This document shows, piece by piece, positions 18,580-31,450 of a stretch of 64,000 nucleotides of DNA. Position 1 is the first letter of the stretch. Each line of letters begins with the position of its first letter. The DNA comes from an uncultured delta proteobacterium (GTDB lineage: Bacteria; Desulfobacterota; Binatia; Bin18): the NCBI GenBank assembly GCA_963733195.1, contig CAVTCR010000060.1, positions 32,001 through 96,000 on the forward strand. The letters are read 5' to 3'. Made by a program: the position numbers and the translations under genes. The notes under the pieces were generated by a model that worked only from the letters and a program-made list of their open reading frames with translations, did no database searches and had not been told where the DNA came from.

Positions 18580-19329
18580 ATGTTCATGGAAACAACACAG
18601 CCGTTTTCCTTACCCTCACCTCCACGCTGGTTGCAAGCAGATGGCTGGAATCGAATCCCTGCATTGGTCCATGGATTCTCTACGTGTATCGAGGACCGTG
18701 AACAACTCTCTGCAAACCTCGAAGCAACCGGCTGGGATTGGCGTACCCTCAGGCAAGTGCACGGTGACAAAATTCTCTTTGTTACAAACAACACGTCTAA
18801 GGACACACTGACGGAAGCAGACGGGCTCACAACGCAAGCATCTGGAGTATTATTAGGAATCGCTACTGCGGACTGTGTGCCAGTACTTTTAGTCGCTCCC
18901 CAGCAGAGAGTCGTTGCCGCACTCCACGCTGGTTGGCGCGGAACGTTGAAAGGCATTACCGCTCGCGCACTGGCACTGCTCTCCTCGTCGTGGGGTGTTG
19001 TCCCTTCTGATGTGTGGCTCGCATGTGGTCCAGCCATTGGTCCTTGCTGCTACGAAGTTGGTCGTGATGTGGGAGAAGCACTCTATGAGCGATGGGGTGC
19101 GGGCAATCCAGCGACCTGGCAGCCGAAGGGAGACAAAGGCTTGCTTGATCTACGCTTGATCAACCTTCTTCAGAGTGAACAGTTGGGTGTTCCCCGAGAC
19201 CACATGCAGATGGTGGGGTCATGCACGTTCTGTGATGCTTCCCGGTTTGCGTCCTATCGACGACAAGGGCCACAAGCAGGTCGTCAACTCAGCGTTATCG
19301 GTTGGCAGAAAACGACAGAAAATCAGTAA
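18580..19329 (+). CDS. pgeF: PgeF/YfiH polyphenol oxidase-like protein
   Basis: QVHG, ADG, TADCVPVL, HAGWRG, GPAIGPCCYEVG, SYRR. Confidence 0.9.
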   Translation: MFMETTQPFSLPSPPRWLQADGWNRIPALVHGFSTCIEDREQLSANLEATGWDWRTLRQVHGDKILFVTNNTSKDTLTEADGLTTQASGVLLGIATADCVPVLLVAPQQRVVAALHAGWRGTLKGITARALALLSSSWGVVPSDVWLACGPAIGPCCYEVGRDVGEALYERWGAGNPATWQPKGDKGLLDLRLINLLQSEQLGVPRDHMQMVGSCTFCDASRFASYRRQGPQAGRQLSVIGWQKTTENQ

Positions 19330-19347
19330 CAATTTGGGCAATATCTC

Positions 19348-20352
19348 GTGCGCGTCGCCGTCATTGGCGCAGGAGGCTGGGGAACTGCGCTTGCTACACT
19401 TCTCGTTACCATCGGACATCGCGTCTGTTTATGGGTAAGACGCCCTGCCCTGTTTGAAGAATTGCTTACTACACGAGAAAATCGCGTTTATCTTCCTGGA
19501 GTCACCCTTCCTGAAAGTCTGAACTATTCGAGTTCTTTGTCAGAAGCCGTAAGTGAAGCAGACCTCATCGTACTTTCCGTTCCGTCACACGTCATGCGCC
19601 TGGTCGTTCGCCAGCTTGGGTTTACGCTCTCTGGGACTCCGCTGCTTGTCAGTACTACCAAAGGGATAGAAGAAGAAACTTTGCAAACTGTAACGGGCGT
19701 GCTCCGGGATGAACTCCCTTCGTTTTTGCATTCACATCTTGCGGTGCTTTCCGGCCCCAGTTTCGCCACAGATGTCGCACGAGGTTTACCGACTGCAGTG
19801 ACTGTCGCCGCAGAACAGGAGACGCTTGCTGCCACCGTCCAGCAGGCATTCTCCTCATCCAGATTCCGCGTCTACACCACTACTGATGTTGTAGGCGTAG
19901 AGGTCGGAGGTGCTGTCAAGAATGTCATAGCAATAGCTGCTGGGGTCAGCGACGGTTTAGGTTATGGTCAGAGCGCACGTGCGGCACTTATCACCAGAGG
20001 ATTAGCAGAGATCACCCGACTGGCCGTACGGATGGGAGCCAATCCGCAAACCTTGTCGGGCCTCTCTGGTATGGGAGACCTGGTGCTTACCTGTACGAGT
20101 AACCTGAGCCGCAATTACACGATTGGCGTACGGGTTGGACGCGGAGAAAGGATTCGCGATCTTCTTACTGGAATGACTACTGTGGCTGAAGGCGTACGCA
20201 CTTGCCGTTCGGTTTTTTCCCTTGCACGGCGACTAAGAATCGAAATGCCGATTGTCGAACAAGTCTATGGGCTCTTGTATGCTGAAAAACCTGCTCAACA
20301 GGTCGTGATTGACCTGCTCACTCGAGAAACAAAACCTGAGTTTTCTCGCTAG
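19348..20352 (+). CDS. gpsA: NAD(P)H-dependent glycerol-3-phosphate dehydrogenase
   Basis: GAGGWGTALA, SGPSFA, GGAVKNVIAI, GDLVLTC, SRN. Confidence 0.95.
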   Translation: MRVAVIGAGGWGTALATLLVTIGHRVCLWVRRPALFEELLTTRENRVYLPGVTLPESLNYSSSLSEAVSEADLIVLSVPSHVMRLVVRQLGFTLSGTPLLVSTTKGIEEETLQTVTGVLRDELPSFLHSHLAVLSGPSFATDVARGLPTAVTVAAEQETLAATVQQAFSSSRFRVYTTTDVVGVEVGGAVKNVIAIAAGVSDGLGYGQSARAALITRGLAEITRLAVRMGANPQTLSGLSGMGDLVLTCTSNLSRNYTIGVRVGRGERIRDLLTGMTTVAEGVRTCRSVFSLARRLRIEMPIVEQVYGLLYAEKPAQQVVIDLLTRETKPEFSR

Positions 20353-20513
20353 CGATACGAGCACAATTCGCTGAAATTCCAAACCCTCCTCACCGCCTAA
20401 ATCCTCGAGATTTGTTCTGTCTCCGCACTCACAGATGGTTAGTTGTTACTTTGGTTCCTCACGCAATTGTCCGATAGATCTACCCTGCAAGGATCTTCTG
20501 AAAGGAGTTGTTC

Positions 20514-20879
20514 ATGTCACTAGCGAAACAGCCACGGGTAGGAATTATCGGATTATTGCTGCTCACGTTGATGGTGGGGTGTTCCCAGCCGCTTAACAAA
20601 CGGGAGAAAGGAGCTTTGATTGGCGGTGGACTCGGGGCAGCCACGGGAGCCATTATCGGGGCCTCGGTTGGTAACCCTGCTGCCGGTGCAGCGATTGGTG
20701 GGGCTGTCGGCGCTGTGGGTGGGGGAATCATCGGAGACCAGTTCCAGGGAGTCGAGAACCGACAGAATGCGCAACAAACACAATTAAACGCGCAGCAGAG
20801 AGAGATCAAACGCCAACGCCAAGAGATTAACAAACTCAAAAAGAAGAAAGTCGTGAAGAAGAAATACCAGTACGAGTAA
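20514..20879 (+). CDS. Glycine-zipper lipoprotein
   Basis: Lipobox MVG-C, GALIGGGLGAATGAIIG...GAAIGGAVG, coiled coil and Lys-rich tail. Confidence 0.8.
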   Translation: MSLAKQPRVGIIGLLLLTLMVGCSQPLNKREKGALIGGGLGAATGAIIGASVGNPAAGAAIGGAVGAVGGGIIGDQFQGVENRQNAQQTQLNAQQREIKRQRQEINKLKKKKVVKKKYQYE

Positions 20880-20974
20880 TCTCGACCAAAGTTCCTCTGG
20901 TGTTTCCACCCACCTTACTGTCGGGGTGGCGCGCTAGCTGTCCCGACATGCTCCCAATGAACAGATGAGATGTC

Positions 20975-21385
20975 CTAGTGGTTTGCCCCCGCGATCTCAA
21001 TACGCGCTTGGGCGCGGCGACGAGCGGCATCGGCCTCGGCGAACGTTGGATCAGTGGGTGAGAGCGTTTTCAGGCTCTCTTCTGCTTTCTGTAGTGCAGT
21101 CCGTGCACGTTCGACATTGATCTCCTTGATCGCTTCTGCACTGTCGGCAAGAACGGTCATGATATTGTCTGAAACCTCAGCAAACCCACCCCCAATAACT
21201 AGTGTATGATTTTGCCCTCTTTGTTTGTAGAGTAAGCGTCCCGGCTGGAGGGAAGAGAGAAACGTGACATGGTTGGGAAGTACACCAAACTCACCGGCTG
21301 TTCCAGGGGCGGTGACTTCCTCTACCTCTTCATCGAGCACTTGCCGCTCAGGAGTAACGATACGGAGACGGAGAGTATCTGCCAT
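20975..21385 (-). CDS. atpC: ATP synthase F1 epsilon
   Basis: IVTPER, GEFGVLPNH, GGFAEV. Confidence 0.95.
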   Translation of the reverse strand: MADTLRLRIVTPERQVLDEEVEEVTAPGTAGEFGVLPNHVTFLSSLQPGRLLYKQRGQNHTLVIGGGFAEVSDNIMTVLADSAEAIKEINVERARTALQKAEESLKTLSPTDPTFAEADAARRRAQARIEIAGANH

Positions 21386-21457
21386 AGTTATAAAATGATG
21401 AAGTGAGAATGAAGAATAAAGAGTTACGAGAAAAGGCTTCTTCGCTCCTCGTTCGTA

Positions 21458-23751
<2,294 letters not shown>

Positions 23752-23755
23752 AAGA

Positions 23756-25264
23756 TTACGCCGTAAAAGTCTCGTTAAATTGTTGCAGTGCCGCGTTCAT
23801 CTTCTCTTTGAGATCATCCGTCAATTCACGTTTGGTGCGAATATCATTAAAGACGCCCGGATGACGGGTTTCAACGAAGCGATGTAGTTCGGTTTCATAT
23901 TTTTTGAGTGCACTTTCGGGGATCTGATCAACAAACCCGTTTGTCCCAGCGTAGAGTATGAGAATTTGTCGTTCAACCGGCAGCGGCTGATACTGACCTT
24001 GCTTGAGGATTTCCACCAAGCGTGAGCCACGTGACAACATACGTTGGGTCGTGGCATCAAGGTCTGAACCAAACTGCGCAAAGGCAGCCATTTCGCGATA
24101 TTGTGCGAGGTCGAGTCGTAACGAGCCAGCGATTTGCCGCATAGCCCTAATCTGTGCCGAGCCTCCGACGCGAGACACGGAAATACCGACGTTCACTGCA
24201 GGCCGCACACCGGCATAGAAAAGGTCACTTTCCAGGTAAATCTGGCCGTCAGTAATCGAAATGACGTTCGTGGGGATGTAGGCTGACACATCACCAGCTT
24301 GCGTCTCAATCACTGGCAGTGCAGTCAAAGAACCACCGCCTTCTGCATCACTCATCTTGGCAGCACGTTCGAGCAGACGCGAGTGGAGATAGAACACGTC
24401 ACCAGGATAGGCCTCACGACCCGGTGGGCGACGGAGTAACAATGAGAGTTGCCGATAGGCTACGGCGTGTTTAGAAAGGTCATCGTATGCGATCATTGCA
24501 TGTTTGCCGATGTCACGGAAATATTCCCCAATGGCACAACCAGCATACGGCGCAATATACTGGAGGGGCGCAGCCTCAGAAGCAGTTGCTGTCACTACTG
24601 TCGTGTATTCCATTGCCCCAGCACGAGTTAGCCGTTCCACCACTTGGGCAACAGTTGAGCGTTTTTGACCAATGGCAACATAGATGCAGAAAACGTCGCC
24701 GCCCTTTTGATTGATGATTGTGTCAATAATGAGGGCGGTCTTGCCGGTCTGACGATCACCAATAATCAGTTCGCGTTGTCCACGACCAATCGGGATCATC
24801 GAGTCGATCGCTTTAATGCCAGTCTGGAGTGCCTGCTTCACTGACTGGCGCAGGACGATACCTGGTGCTTTAACCTCAATGCGGCGTGTATCCTTGGTAG
24901 AAATCGGTCCTTTGCCATCAACCGGCTGGCCAAGGGCGTTGACTACCCGGCCTAGCATCGCATCCCCGATTGGAACTTCAGCGATGCGGCCCGTACGGCG
25001 AACTTCGTCTCCTTCTTTGATGGCCTGGACTTCACCGAAAATCGCAGTGCCGACATTATCTTCTTCCAGGTTGAGGGCAATGCCGTAGATATCATGGGGA
25101 AACAGCAGTAACTCTCCAGAGGCGACACGGTCGAGTCCGTGAACCCGAGCAATGCCATCACCAGCAGAGAGGACTGTTCCAGTCTCTCGCACCTCGACCT
25201 GTTTGTCATAGCCTTGAATTTGTTGCTTAATGATTTCGCTGATTTCGGCAGCTTTCAGTTCCAT
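23756..25264 (-). CDS. atpA: ATP synthase F1 alpha
   Basis: Start MELKAAEIS (SD GAGGGAG), [18 protein letters not shown]. Confidence 0.97.
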   Translation of the reverse strand: MELKAAEISEIIKQQIQGYDKQVEVRETGTVLSAGDGIARVHGLDRVASGELLLFPHDIYGIALNLEEDNVGTAIFGEVQAIKEGDEVRRTGRIAEVPIGDAMLGRVVNALGQPVDGKGPISTKDTRRIEVKAPGIVLRQSVKQALQTGIKAIDSMIPIGRGQRELIIGDRQTGKTALIIDTIINQKGGDVFCIYVAIGQKRSTVAQVVERLTRAGAMEYTTVVTATASEAAPLQYIAPYAGCAIGEYFRDIGKHAMIAYDDLSKHAVAYRQLSLLLRRPPGREAYPGDVFYLHSRLLERAAKMSDAEGGGSLTALPVIETQAGDVSAYIPTNVISITDGQIYLESDLFYAGVRPAVNVGISVSRVGGSAQIRAMRQIAGSLRLDLAQYREMAAFAQFGSDLDATTQRMLSRGSRLVEILKQGQYQPLPVERQILILYAGTNGFVDQIPESALKKYETELHRFVETRHPGVFNDIRTKRELTDDLKEKMNAALQQFNETFTA

Positions 25265-25375
25265 TGCTCCCTCATCTTTAGAAATGCTCACAAATGGACC
25301 GTCCATCAATGGTGACGGCGCTTATTGCCCTGTGGAAATCCATCTTTGTTGTCTTTTCTGAAATTTTTTCGTTAC

Positions 25376-25919
25376 TTAGATTTGCTGTGCGAGTGCGTCG
25401 CCCATCCGTCGTAGTTGCGCTTGTAGACTCGCGTCATAAACTTTCCCCTCAATCTCTACGACGATACCGCTCAGCAGCGTTGGATCAACTGTCACTGTTG
25501 GAATCACTGTTTTTCCGGTGCGGCGACTAAACGCCTCCACCAGCGAGCGCAAGTTCTTTCGCTGAAAGCGTGGCTGCAGTACGAATCTGCGCACGCACTT
25601 TTCCGCTCATACGCTCAAGCCGTGCTTGGTATGCACCATAAACGTCTTTCAGTATCGTTAGGCGATCATTATCCGCGAGTACCCGTAGAAAACTGCTGAG
25701 TGTCGGGTTGGGTTTCGCCGAAGCGACGATCTGTTCAATGATGTCTTTCCGTGCTTTGAGCGGAAGCGTTGGCAAAAGGAGGACTTTTTCAATTGCCGGA
25801 TCAGCAATAGCAGTGACGATTTGTAACAGTTCGTTTCCGATAGTTTCTTCTGCCTTTTGTGCTTGTGCAAGGTCAAGCAAGGCTTTGGCGTAACGTCTAG
25901 CGGCTGGCGTTTGCGGCAT
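25376..25919 (-). CDS. atpH: ATP synthase F1 delta, frameshift near 25545
   Basis: AARRYAKAL N-terminus; VDPTLLSGIVVEIEGKVYDAS C-terminus in the second frame. Confidence 0.92.
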
Positions 25920-26511
25920 TCTGTACCTCAGTCATAAGATCTTGAACAAAACGACGATGATCTGCCTGCGCGAGACGTGATTGCAACAGTTCCGTCGCCA
26001 TTCGTACGGCTTGGTTCGCTACCTCTTGGCGTAGGACGCGCCGCGCTTCTTCAACTTCTCGCTGTGCAATTTGCTGGACTTCGTTTTTCATGCGTTCGGC
26101 CATTTGTCGAGCTTCTTCTACGATGCGACTTCGTTCGCGTTCCGCTGCTTCAAGAGCTTGTACCCGTATCTTCTCCTGTTCAGCTGCCAGTCCAGCGAGC
26201 TTCTGCTCGTATTCTTGGCGGAGACTTTCTGCCTCTTCTTTTGCCCGTTTCGCTTCGTCTAGCGCCTGGACGATCTTCTCTCGACGTTGGCGTACAGCGT
26301 CCCTAACAGCAGGAATCACATACTTCCACAGGACAAAAGCGAAGATAAGGAAGTTTATCGCAGGGAAAATAAGTCCCGAAATATGCGGGCCGTGTTCTCC
26401 ATGCCCTTCCCCGTGTCCTTCCTCCACTGCCCATAACATGGCAGGCAGGAGAAGAAAGAAGAGAGCAGTGACAAAACCGACCACTTTTCTTAAATGGCTC
26501 TTCATAGTCAC
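25897..26511 (-). CDS. atpF: ATP synthase Fo subunit b
   Basis: N-terminal extension, INFLIF TM segment, long coiled coil. Confidence 0.88.
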   Translation of the reverse strand: MTMKSHLRKVVGFVTALFFLLLPAMLWAVEEGHGEGHGEHGPHISGLIFPAINFLIFAFVLWKYVIPAVRDAVRQRREKIVQALDEAKRAKEEAESLRQEYEQKLAGLAAEQEKIRVQALEAAERERSRIVEEARQMAERMKNEVQQIAQREVEEARRVLRQEVANQAVRMATELLQSRLAQADHRRFVQDLMTEVQNAANASR

Positions 26512-26936
26512 GTCAAGGGCCTCCCGAGCAGTTTTTCGCTAATCGTACGGGCAAATTCCGGAGCACGGGCTTCAAGGTCTTTCCTGGCTGCGGCAATCTC
26601 TTGCTGTAGATCTGCACGCATGGTTGCAAGTGTCTGATTTGTTTCAGCGCGAGCCGCGTCGATCAGTGTTTTTGCTTGGTCTTCTGCTGCACTATAGACC
26701 GTATCCACTTGCTGCATGGTGCCAGTCCTGATTTCTGCCAGCTGGACTTTATAGCGGTCTTCTATTGATTCCGCATCGGCTCTGACTTGTTGCGCCTCTT
26801 TGAGAGCTCCTTCTCTCCGCTGGGTACGTTGTTGCATGACTGCCAAGTGCGGCTCAAAGAGAAACTTGCGTAGAAACATCCATAATGCGAGAAACAGGAC
26901 GATCTGAAAGATTAACGACTGATCTATTGATAACAC
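26508..26936 (-). CDS. ATP synthase Fo subunit b'
   Basis: SIDQSLIFQIVLFL..KFLFEP and KLLGR ends typical of b'. Confidence 0.85.
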   Translation of the reverse strand: MLSIDQSLIFQIVLFLALWMFLRKFLFEPHLAVMQQRTQRREGALKEAQQVRADAESIEDRYKVQLAEIRTGTMQQVDTVYSAAEDQAKTLIDAARAETNQTLATMRADLQQEIAAARKDLEARAPEFARTISEKLLGRPLT

Positions 26937-27014
26937 AGACCCATTCTCCTTACTGTGTGAAAAGACTTCATACCAGTACTGTAAGACGCGTATGTGTGGG
27001 AGATGAGGCGCACC

Positions 27015-27914
27015 TCATCTACGGAGGCGGGTGAGAATCCCTTCCAGCTCCTCGTTTGAGTAATACTCAATTTCTATGCGGCCACCTTTCTTTTTTGGCC
27101 GCAGGCGCACTTTTGTTCCGAAAGTACGAATAAGTTCTTCTTCTAGTGCAGCTATATGAATATCATGACGGACGGTAGGGACTTCGGTCGCGTCGTGGGC
27201 AATAGGAGCTGGTAGCGACTCAGTCAACGGTTGGGCGACGGTTTGGGCAACGAGCGTCTCTGTTTCTCGTACTGAGAGGCCCTGGTGCATGATTCGACGT
27301 GCCATCGCAATTTGTTGTTCCGGCGTACCAAGAGAGAGCAAGGTCCTCGCATGACCAATGGAGAGGCCGCCTCGGTCGATTTCTTCCTTGATCTCATCCG
27401 GGAGGCTTAAGACTCGCAGCAGGTTGGTAATCACCGGGCGGCTCTTTCCTACTCGCGAGGCAACTTCTTCCTGCGTCAGGTGCAACTCCTCCATAAGTTG
27501 ACGGTAGGCCAAGGCTTCTTCGATCGGCGTCAACTCTTCGCGCTGAATGTTTTCCACTAACGCCATTTCCATACTTTGGGCGTCAGTGACCTCTTTGATG
27601 ATAACCGGTACGAGATCGAGACCAGCTTTTTGCGCAGCGCGTAACCGTCGTTCGCCAATGATCAGCTCATAGCCTTGCTCCAACTTGCGGACAATCAACG
27701 GTTGGAGGATTCCCTGCTGCTTGATGGACTCCGCGAGTTCGGCGAGTCGCGTATCATCAAAATAGCGACGTGGCTGGTGTGGATTGGGACGAATCTCTGT
27801 TACAAGCACCCGGCGATCGGCTGGTGGCGAATTCGACGGCGTCCCCTGCGGAATGAGCGCCCCCAGACCGCGACCGAGCGCACGGCGTTTTACTAGACTG
27901 ACGGTTTCACTCAT
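27015..27914 (-). CDS. parB: Chromosome partitioning protein ParB/Spo0J
   Basis: LGRGLGAL, PNPHQPR, GERRLRA, ENIQRE, HTH, GHAR. Confidence 0.96.
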   Translation of the reverse strand: MSETVSLVKRRALGRGLGALIPQGTPSNSPPADRRVLVTEIRPNPHQPRRYFDDTRLAELAESIKQQGILQPLIVRKLEQGYELIIGERRLRAAQKAGLDLVPVIIKEVTDAQSMEMALVENIQREELTPIEEALAYRQLMEELHLTQEEVASRVGKSRPVITNLLRVLSLPDEIKEEIDRGGLSIGHARTLLSLGTPEQQIAMARRIMHQGLSVRETETLVAQTVAQPLTESLPAPIAHDATEVPTVRHDIHIAALEEELIRTFGTKVRLRPKKKGGRIEIEYYSNEELEGILTRLRR

Positions 27915-28717
27915 CGTTCTGCTCCTTCCGCATGCGCCAGGTCAGCCCAGGCTAGAGGATCACGTTTTGTGACTTCGCGCGCAAGGTCTATGTAGCTTTG
28001 TGCACCGCGACATGAGGGATCATACAAAATGACCGGCAAGCCATGGCTCGGGCTCTCGGTGAGACGAACGTTGCGCGGAATAATCGTATCAAACACATTG
28101 TGAGGAAAAAACTGCCGCACTTCTTCGACGATTTGGTGACTGAGCTTATTCCGCGCGTCAAACATCGTCAGCAGTATGCCCTCGATGGCCAAGTCTGGAT
28201 TCAATTGTTCGCGAATCGCGGTGAGAGTCTCTAACAGTGAGCGCAGTCCCTCAAGCGCGTAATATTCGCATTGTAACGGAACGAGGACGCTATCAGCTGC
28301 CGTCAGCGCATTCACCGTGAGCAGCCCCAGCGAAGGGGGGCAGTCAATGAGAATATATTTATACTGTTCTCGCCCTTTCCGTAATAAGGTTTGCAAGCGA
28401 TATTCGCGATTCTCCACATTGAGGAGCTCAACCTCAGCCCCAATGAGATCATGGTTCGCTGGAAGAACGTCGAGACGAGCGATCGGGGTCTTCTGGACCG
28501 CATCTTGAAATTCACATTCGCCTAAGAGAACCTCGTAAATTGTCGGAGTATCTGCATCGACTTTAATACCAATACCACTTGTGGCGTTTCCTTGTGGGTC
28601 GCAATCAACCAAAAGAGTAGGTTCTTCGGCGACACCTAAAGCTGCAGAAAGATTGATGGCAGTTGTGGTTTTCCCCACCCCACCCTTGCGATTGGCGATA
28701 CAAATGATCCTGCCCAC
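27911..28717 (-). CDS. parA: Chromosome partitioning ATPase ParA/Soj
   Basis: KGGVGKTT, DPQGNAT, DCPPSLG, QCEYYALEG. Confidence 0.96.
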   Translation of the reverse strand: MGRIICIANRKGGVGKTTTAINLSAALGVAEEPTLLVDCDPQGNATSGIGIKVDADTPTIYEVLLGECEFQDAVQKTPIARLDVLPANHDLIGAEVELLNVENREYRLQTLLRKGREQYKYILIDCPPSLGLLTVNALTAADSVLVPLQCEYYALEGLRSLLETLTAIREQLNPDLAIEGILLTMFDARNKLSHQIVEEVRQFFPHNVFDTIIPRNVRLTESPSHGLPVILYDPSCRGAQSYIDLAREVTKRDPLAWADLAHAEGAER

Positions 28718-28859
28718 TGCTGGTTTCCCCTAACATATAAAGGAAAATAAGAAAAGCGCCCCAAGAAAACCTCTTTTCATATCTGAAGTTTAACAAACCT
28801 GATTGTAATAAAAAGTCGTATGCTTGGAGTCAAGGAATAGAAAGAATCTTCCTAGACAA

Positions 28860-28875
28860 TGTGCCACGTGAAACA
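28860..28875. promoter_or_regulatory. parS: parS site
   Basis: TGTGCCACGTGAAACA vs consensus TGTTNCACGTGAAACA, upstream of parA. Confidence 0.85.
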
Positions 28876-28887
28876 TTGAATCAGTTA

Positions 28888-28903
28888 TGTACCACGTGAA
28901 ACA
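28888..28903. promoter_or_regulatory. parS: parS site
   Basis: TGTACCACGTGAAACA, 12 bp from the first copy. Confidence 0.85.
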
Positions 28904-28904
28904 T

Positions 28905-29568
28905 TTACGCCAATGAGAAAATGAAAAGTGATCGTTTTTCTTTGCCAAACGGTAGATCGTATTTAACTCTCCTTTGCAGAACATAATTATGTCTTTGCAG
29001 CCAATTTTCCTCTTCCTTGATTTCTTTTTCCGCTTTTTCCCCTTTCATAGCTACAATGATTCCTTCATTAGCAAACAAATGGCATGGCGCAAGAGTAAGG
29101 AACTCGCGAATGTTCCACGTGGCACGAGTAATAACGATGTCAAAGCGGATCGCCATCCTTCTTCTCTATTACTTCCTCAGCTCTTCCCTCATGGGCTCGA
29201 GCGTTAGAGAGATTTGCTTTACGAAGGACTTCCCTGAGAAAATTGACCCGTTTTCGTCTCGGTTCAAGAAGGGTCACGGAAAGAGCCGGGTTAGCAATGG
29301 CAAGCGGCAGACCAGGAAAGCCGGCACCACTGCCCAAATCAAGCAACCGTCCTTGCTGTGGAAGTACACTGAGGGCGGCGAGGGAATCGAGAATATGTTT
29401 ACGAATGATAATTCCCGGGTCTGATTGGGAAACAAGGTCGGCAATCTTCGCCCAACGGTTGAGTTCCTCTAGATAGATAGCAATCTGGGCGATGTTGTCT
29501 TCCGTCAATTCGACCTTAAGTAACTTCGCGCCGTTCGTCAAAAGTGTTGATTGCTCATTCGTGAGCAT
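28905..29568 (-). CDS. rsmG: 16S rRNA m7G527 methyltransferase, frameshift near 29155
   Basis: HILDSL, DLGSGAGFPGLP, GRAE; FDIVITRA..MKG in the second frame. Confidence 0.9.
29111..29126. promoter_or_regulatory. parS-like site inside rsmG
   Basis: TGTTCCACGTGGCACG. Confidence 0.55.
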
Positions 29569-29575
29569 GTCTCTA

Positions 29576-31438
29576 TCACGCGGCTCCTACTTTTTTGAGA
29601 TGCACAGCCAGAAGAGAAATTGCAGCAGGGGTGATTCCAGGAATACGAGAGGCTTGACCAAGCGAACGGGGCTGTAACGCAATCAGCTTTTCTCGCACTT
29701 CGGCTGAGAGACTTTGGACAGTCTTGTAGTCAAGGGTCTTAGGAATGTTGACGTCTTCAAGGTGGCGCAGACGTTCCACTCCTTCTTCTTGGCGGCGAAT
29801 ATAGCCGGAGTACTTAATCGAAATCTCCACCTCCGCTGCAACCTCTCGTGAAACGGGAAATGGGGCCGGACTTATCTCTTGTGTCATTGCAAAGGAAATC
29901 TCAGGACGGCGTAAAATCTGCGCTAACGACATCGGCATCTTCAAAGCGGCACTCCCCAGTGCGGTTACTGTCGCATTGTTTTTCTCGTTAGGAACAATGC
30001 TAGTCTCTTCTTGTCGTCGAATCTCGTCTTCAATAGCGTGCTTCTTCGCTGCGGTCCGTTGGTAATCGCTTGCTTGCACAAGTCCGATCGTGTGACCAAA
30101 CTCCCGTAACCGTAAATCCGCATTGTCCTCACGTAGTAACAATCGATGTTCCGCTCGTGAGGTAAACATGCGGTAGGGTTCTCCTCCGACTCCTCGTGTC
30201 ACCAAGTCGTCAATGAGAACTCCAATGTACGCTTGGTCACGCGTGAAAATCAGCGGCTCTTCCTTCTGCAAGCTGAGGACAGCATTTATGGCAGCCATAA
30301 GTCCTTGAGTTGCGGCTTCTTCGTACCCGGTGGTGCCGTTAATCTGTCCAGCATGGTACAGGCCTCGTACAAGTTTCGTCTCTAGCGTGGGGAAAAGTTG
30401 AGTGGGATCGGCGTAATCGTATTCGATCGCATATCCAGGGCGCATAATTTCCGCGCGCTCGAGTCCTTTAATCGAGCGAACCATCTGCAGTTGGATATCG
30501 AGGGGAAGGCTAGTGGACAAACCGTTTGGATATACCTCGACGGTGTCTCTTCCTTCTGGTTCAAGAAAGATTTGATGCCGGATCTTGTCCTTGAAACGAA
30601 CGACTTTGTCCTCAATGGAAGGACAATAACGAGGACCTCTTCCTTGAATGAGGCCGGAGTATAAGGGCGAGCGGTCCAGTCCTGAAAGAATCGTTTGATG
30701 GGTGTTCGCATTCGTATAAGTCAGATAACAAGGAATCTGGGGCTGGGAGATGCGTTCGGTCGAGAAAGAAAGTGGAGGAGCAGGCTCGTCACCATACTGA
30801 GGGTTCGTCACGTTATAATCGATCGTTCGACTATCCAATCGTGGACAGGTACCAGTCTTTAGGCGACCAACACGAAAACCTAATTCACGTAGATGATCAC
30901 TCAATCCCTCAGCAGAAAAATCTCCGGCTCGTCCGGCAGAGTAATTCTTGAGGCCGACATGAATTAGCCCTTTCAGAAACGTTCCAGTAGTCAAAATGAC
31001 CTTTCTCCCAAGAAAAGTTTCGCCAATCTGTGTTTCGACTCCTTGTACTTCACCATTTTCAATTAACAGTCGCTCTGCACATCCTTGACGCAACGTGAGA
31101 TTCTCGGTCGTTTCGATGACTCGCTTCATGCGCTGCCGGTAAAGTGCTTTATCTGCCTGAGCCCGAGTAGCACGGACTGCCGGTCCTTTCCTGGTGTTCA
31201 GCACACGGAACTGAATTCCGGTTTCGTCGATCGCTTTGGCCATCTCACCACCGAGTGCATCTATTTCTCGTACAAGATGGCTTTTGCCGATTCCCCCGAT
31301 GGCCGGGTTACACGACATCTGGCCAATATGGTCCAGGTTCAACGTCAACATCAGCGTTTTGCTGCCGAGTCGAGCTGCAGCAAGTGCCGCTTCAATACCG
31401 GCATGACCAGCGCCAACAACAATTACATCGTAGACCAT
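29576..31438 (-). CDS. mnmG: tRNA modification enzyme MnmG/GidA
   Basis: [40 protein letters not shown]. Confidence 0.97.
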   Translation of the reverse strand: MVYDVIVVGAGHAGIEAALAAARLGSKTLMLTLNLDHIGQMSCNPAIGGIGKSHLVREIDALGGEMAKAIDETGIQFRVLNTRKGPAVRATRAQADKALYRQRMKRVIETTENLTLRQGCAERLLIENGEVQGVETQIGETFLGRKVILTTGTFLKGLIHVGLKNYSAGRAGDFSAEGLSDHLRELGFRVGRLKTGTCPRLDSRTIDYNVTNPQYGDEPAPPLSFSTERISQPQIPCYLTYTNANTHQTILSGLDRSPLYSGLIQGRGPRYCPSIEDKVVRFKDKIRHQIFLEPEGRDTVEVYPNGLSTSLPLDIQLQMVRSIKGLERAEIMRPGYAIEYDYADPTQLFPTLETKLVRGLYHAGQINGTTGYEEAATQGLMAAINAVLSLQKEEPLIFTRDQAYIGVLIDDLVTRGVGGEPYRMFTSRAEHRLLLREDNADLRLREFGHTIGLVQASDYQRTAAKKHAIEDEIRRQEETSIVPNEKNNATVTALGSAALKMPMSLAQILRRPEISFAMTQEISPAPFPVSREVAAEVEISIKYSGYIRRQEEGVERLRHLEDVNIPKTLDYKTVQSLSAEVREKLIALQPRSLGQASRIPGITPAAISLLAVHLKKVGAA

Positions 31439-31450
31439 GAGATGCCCTAC

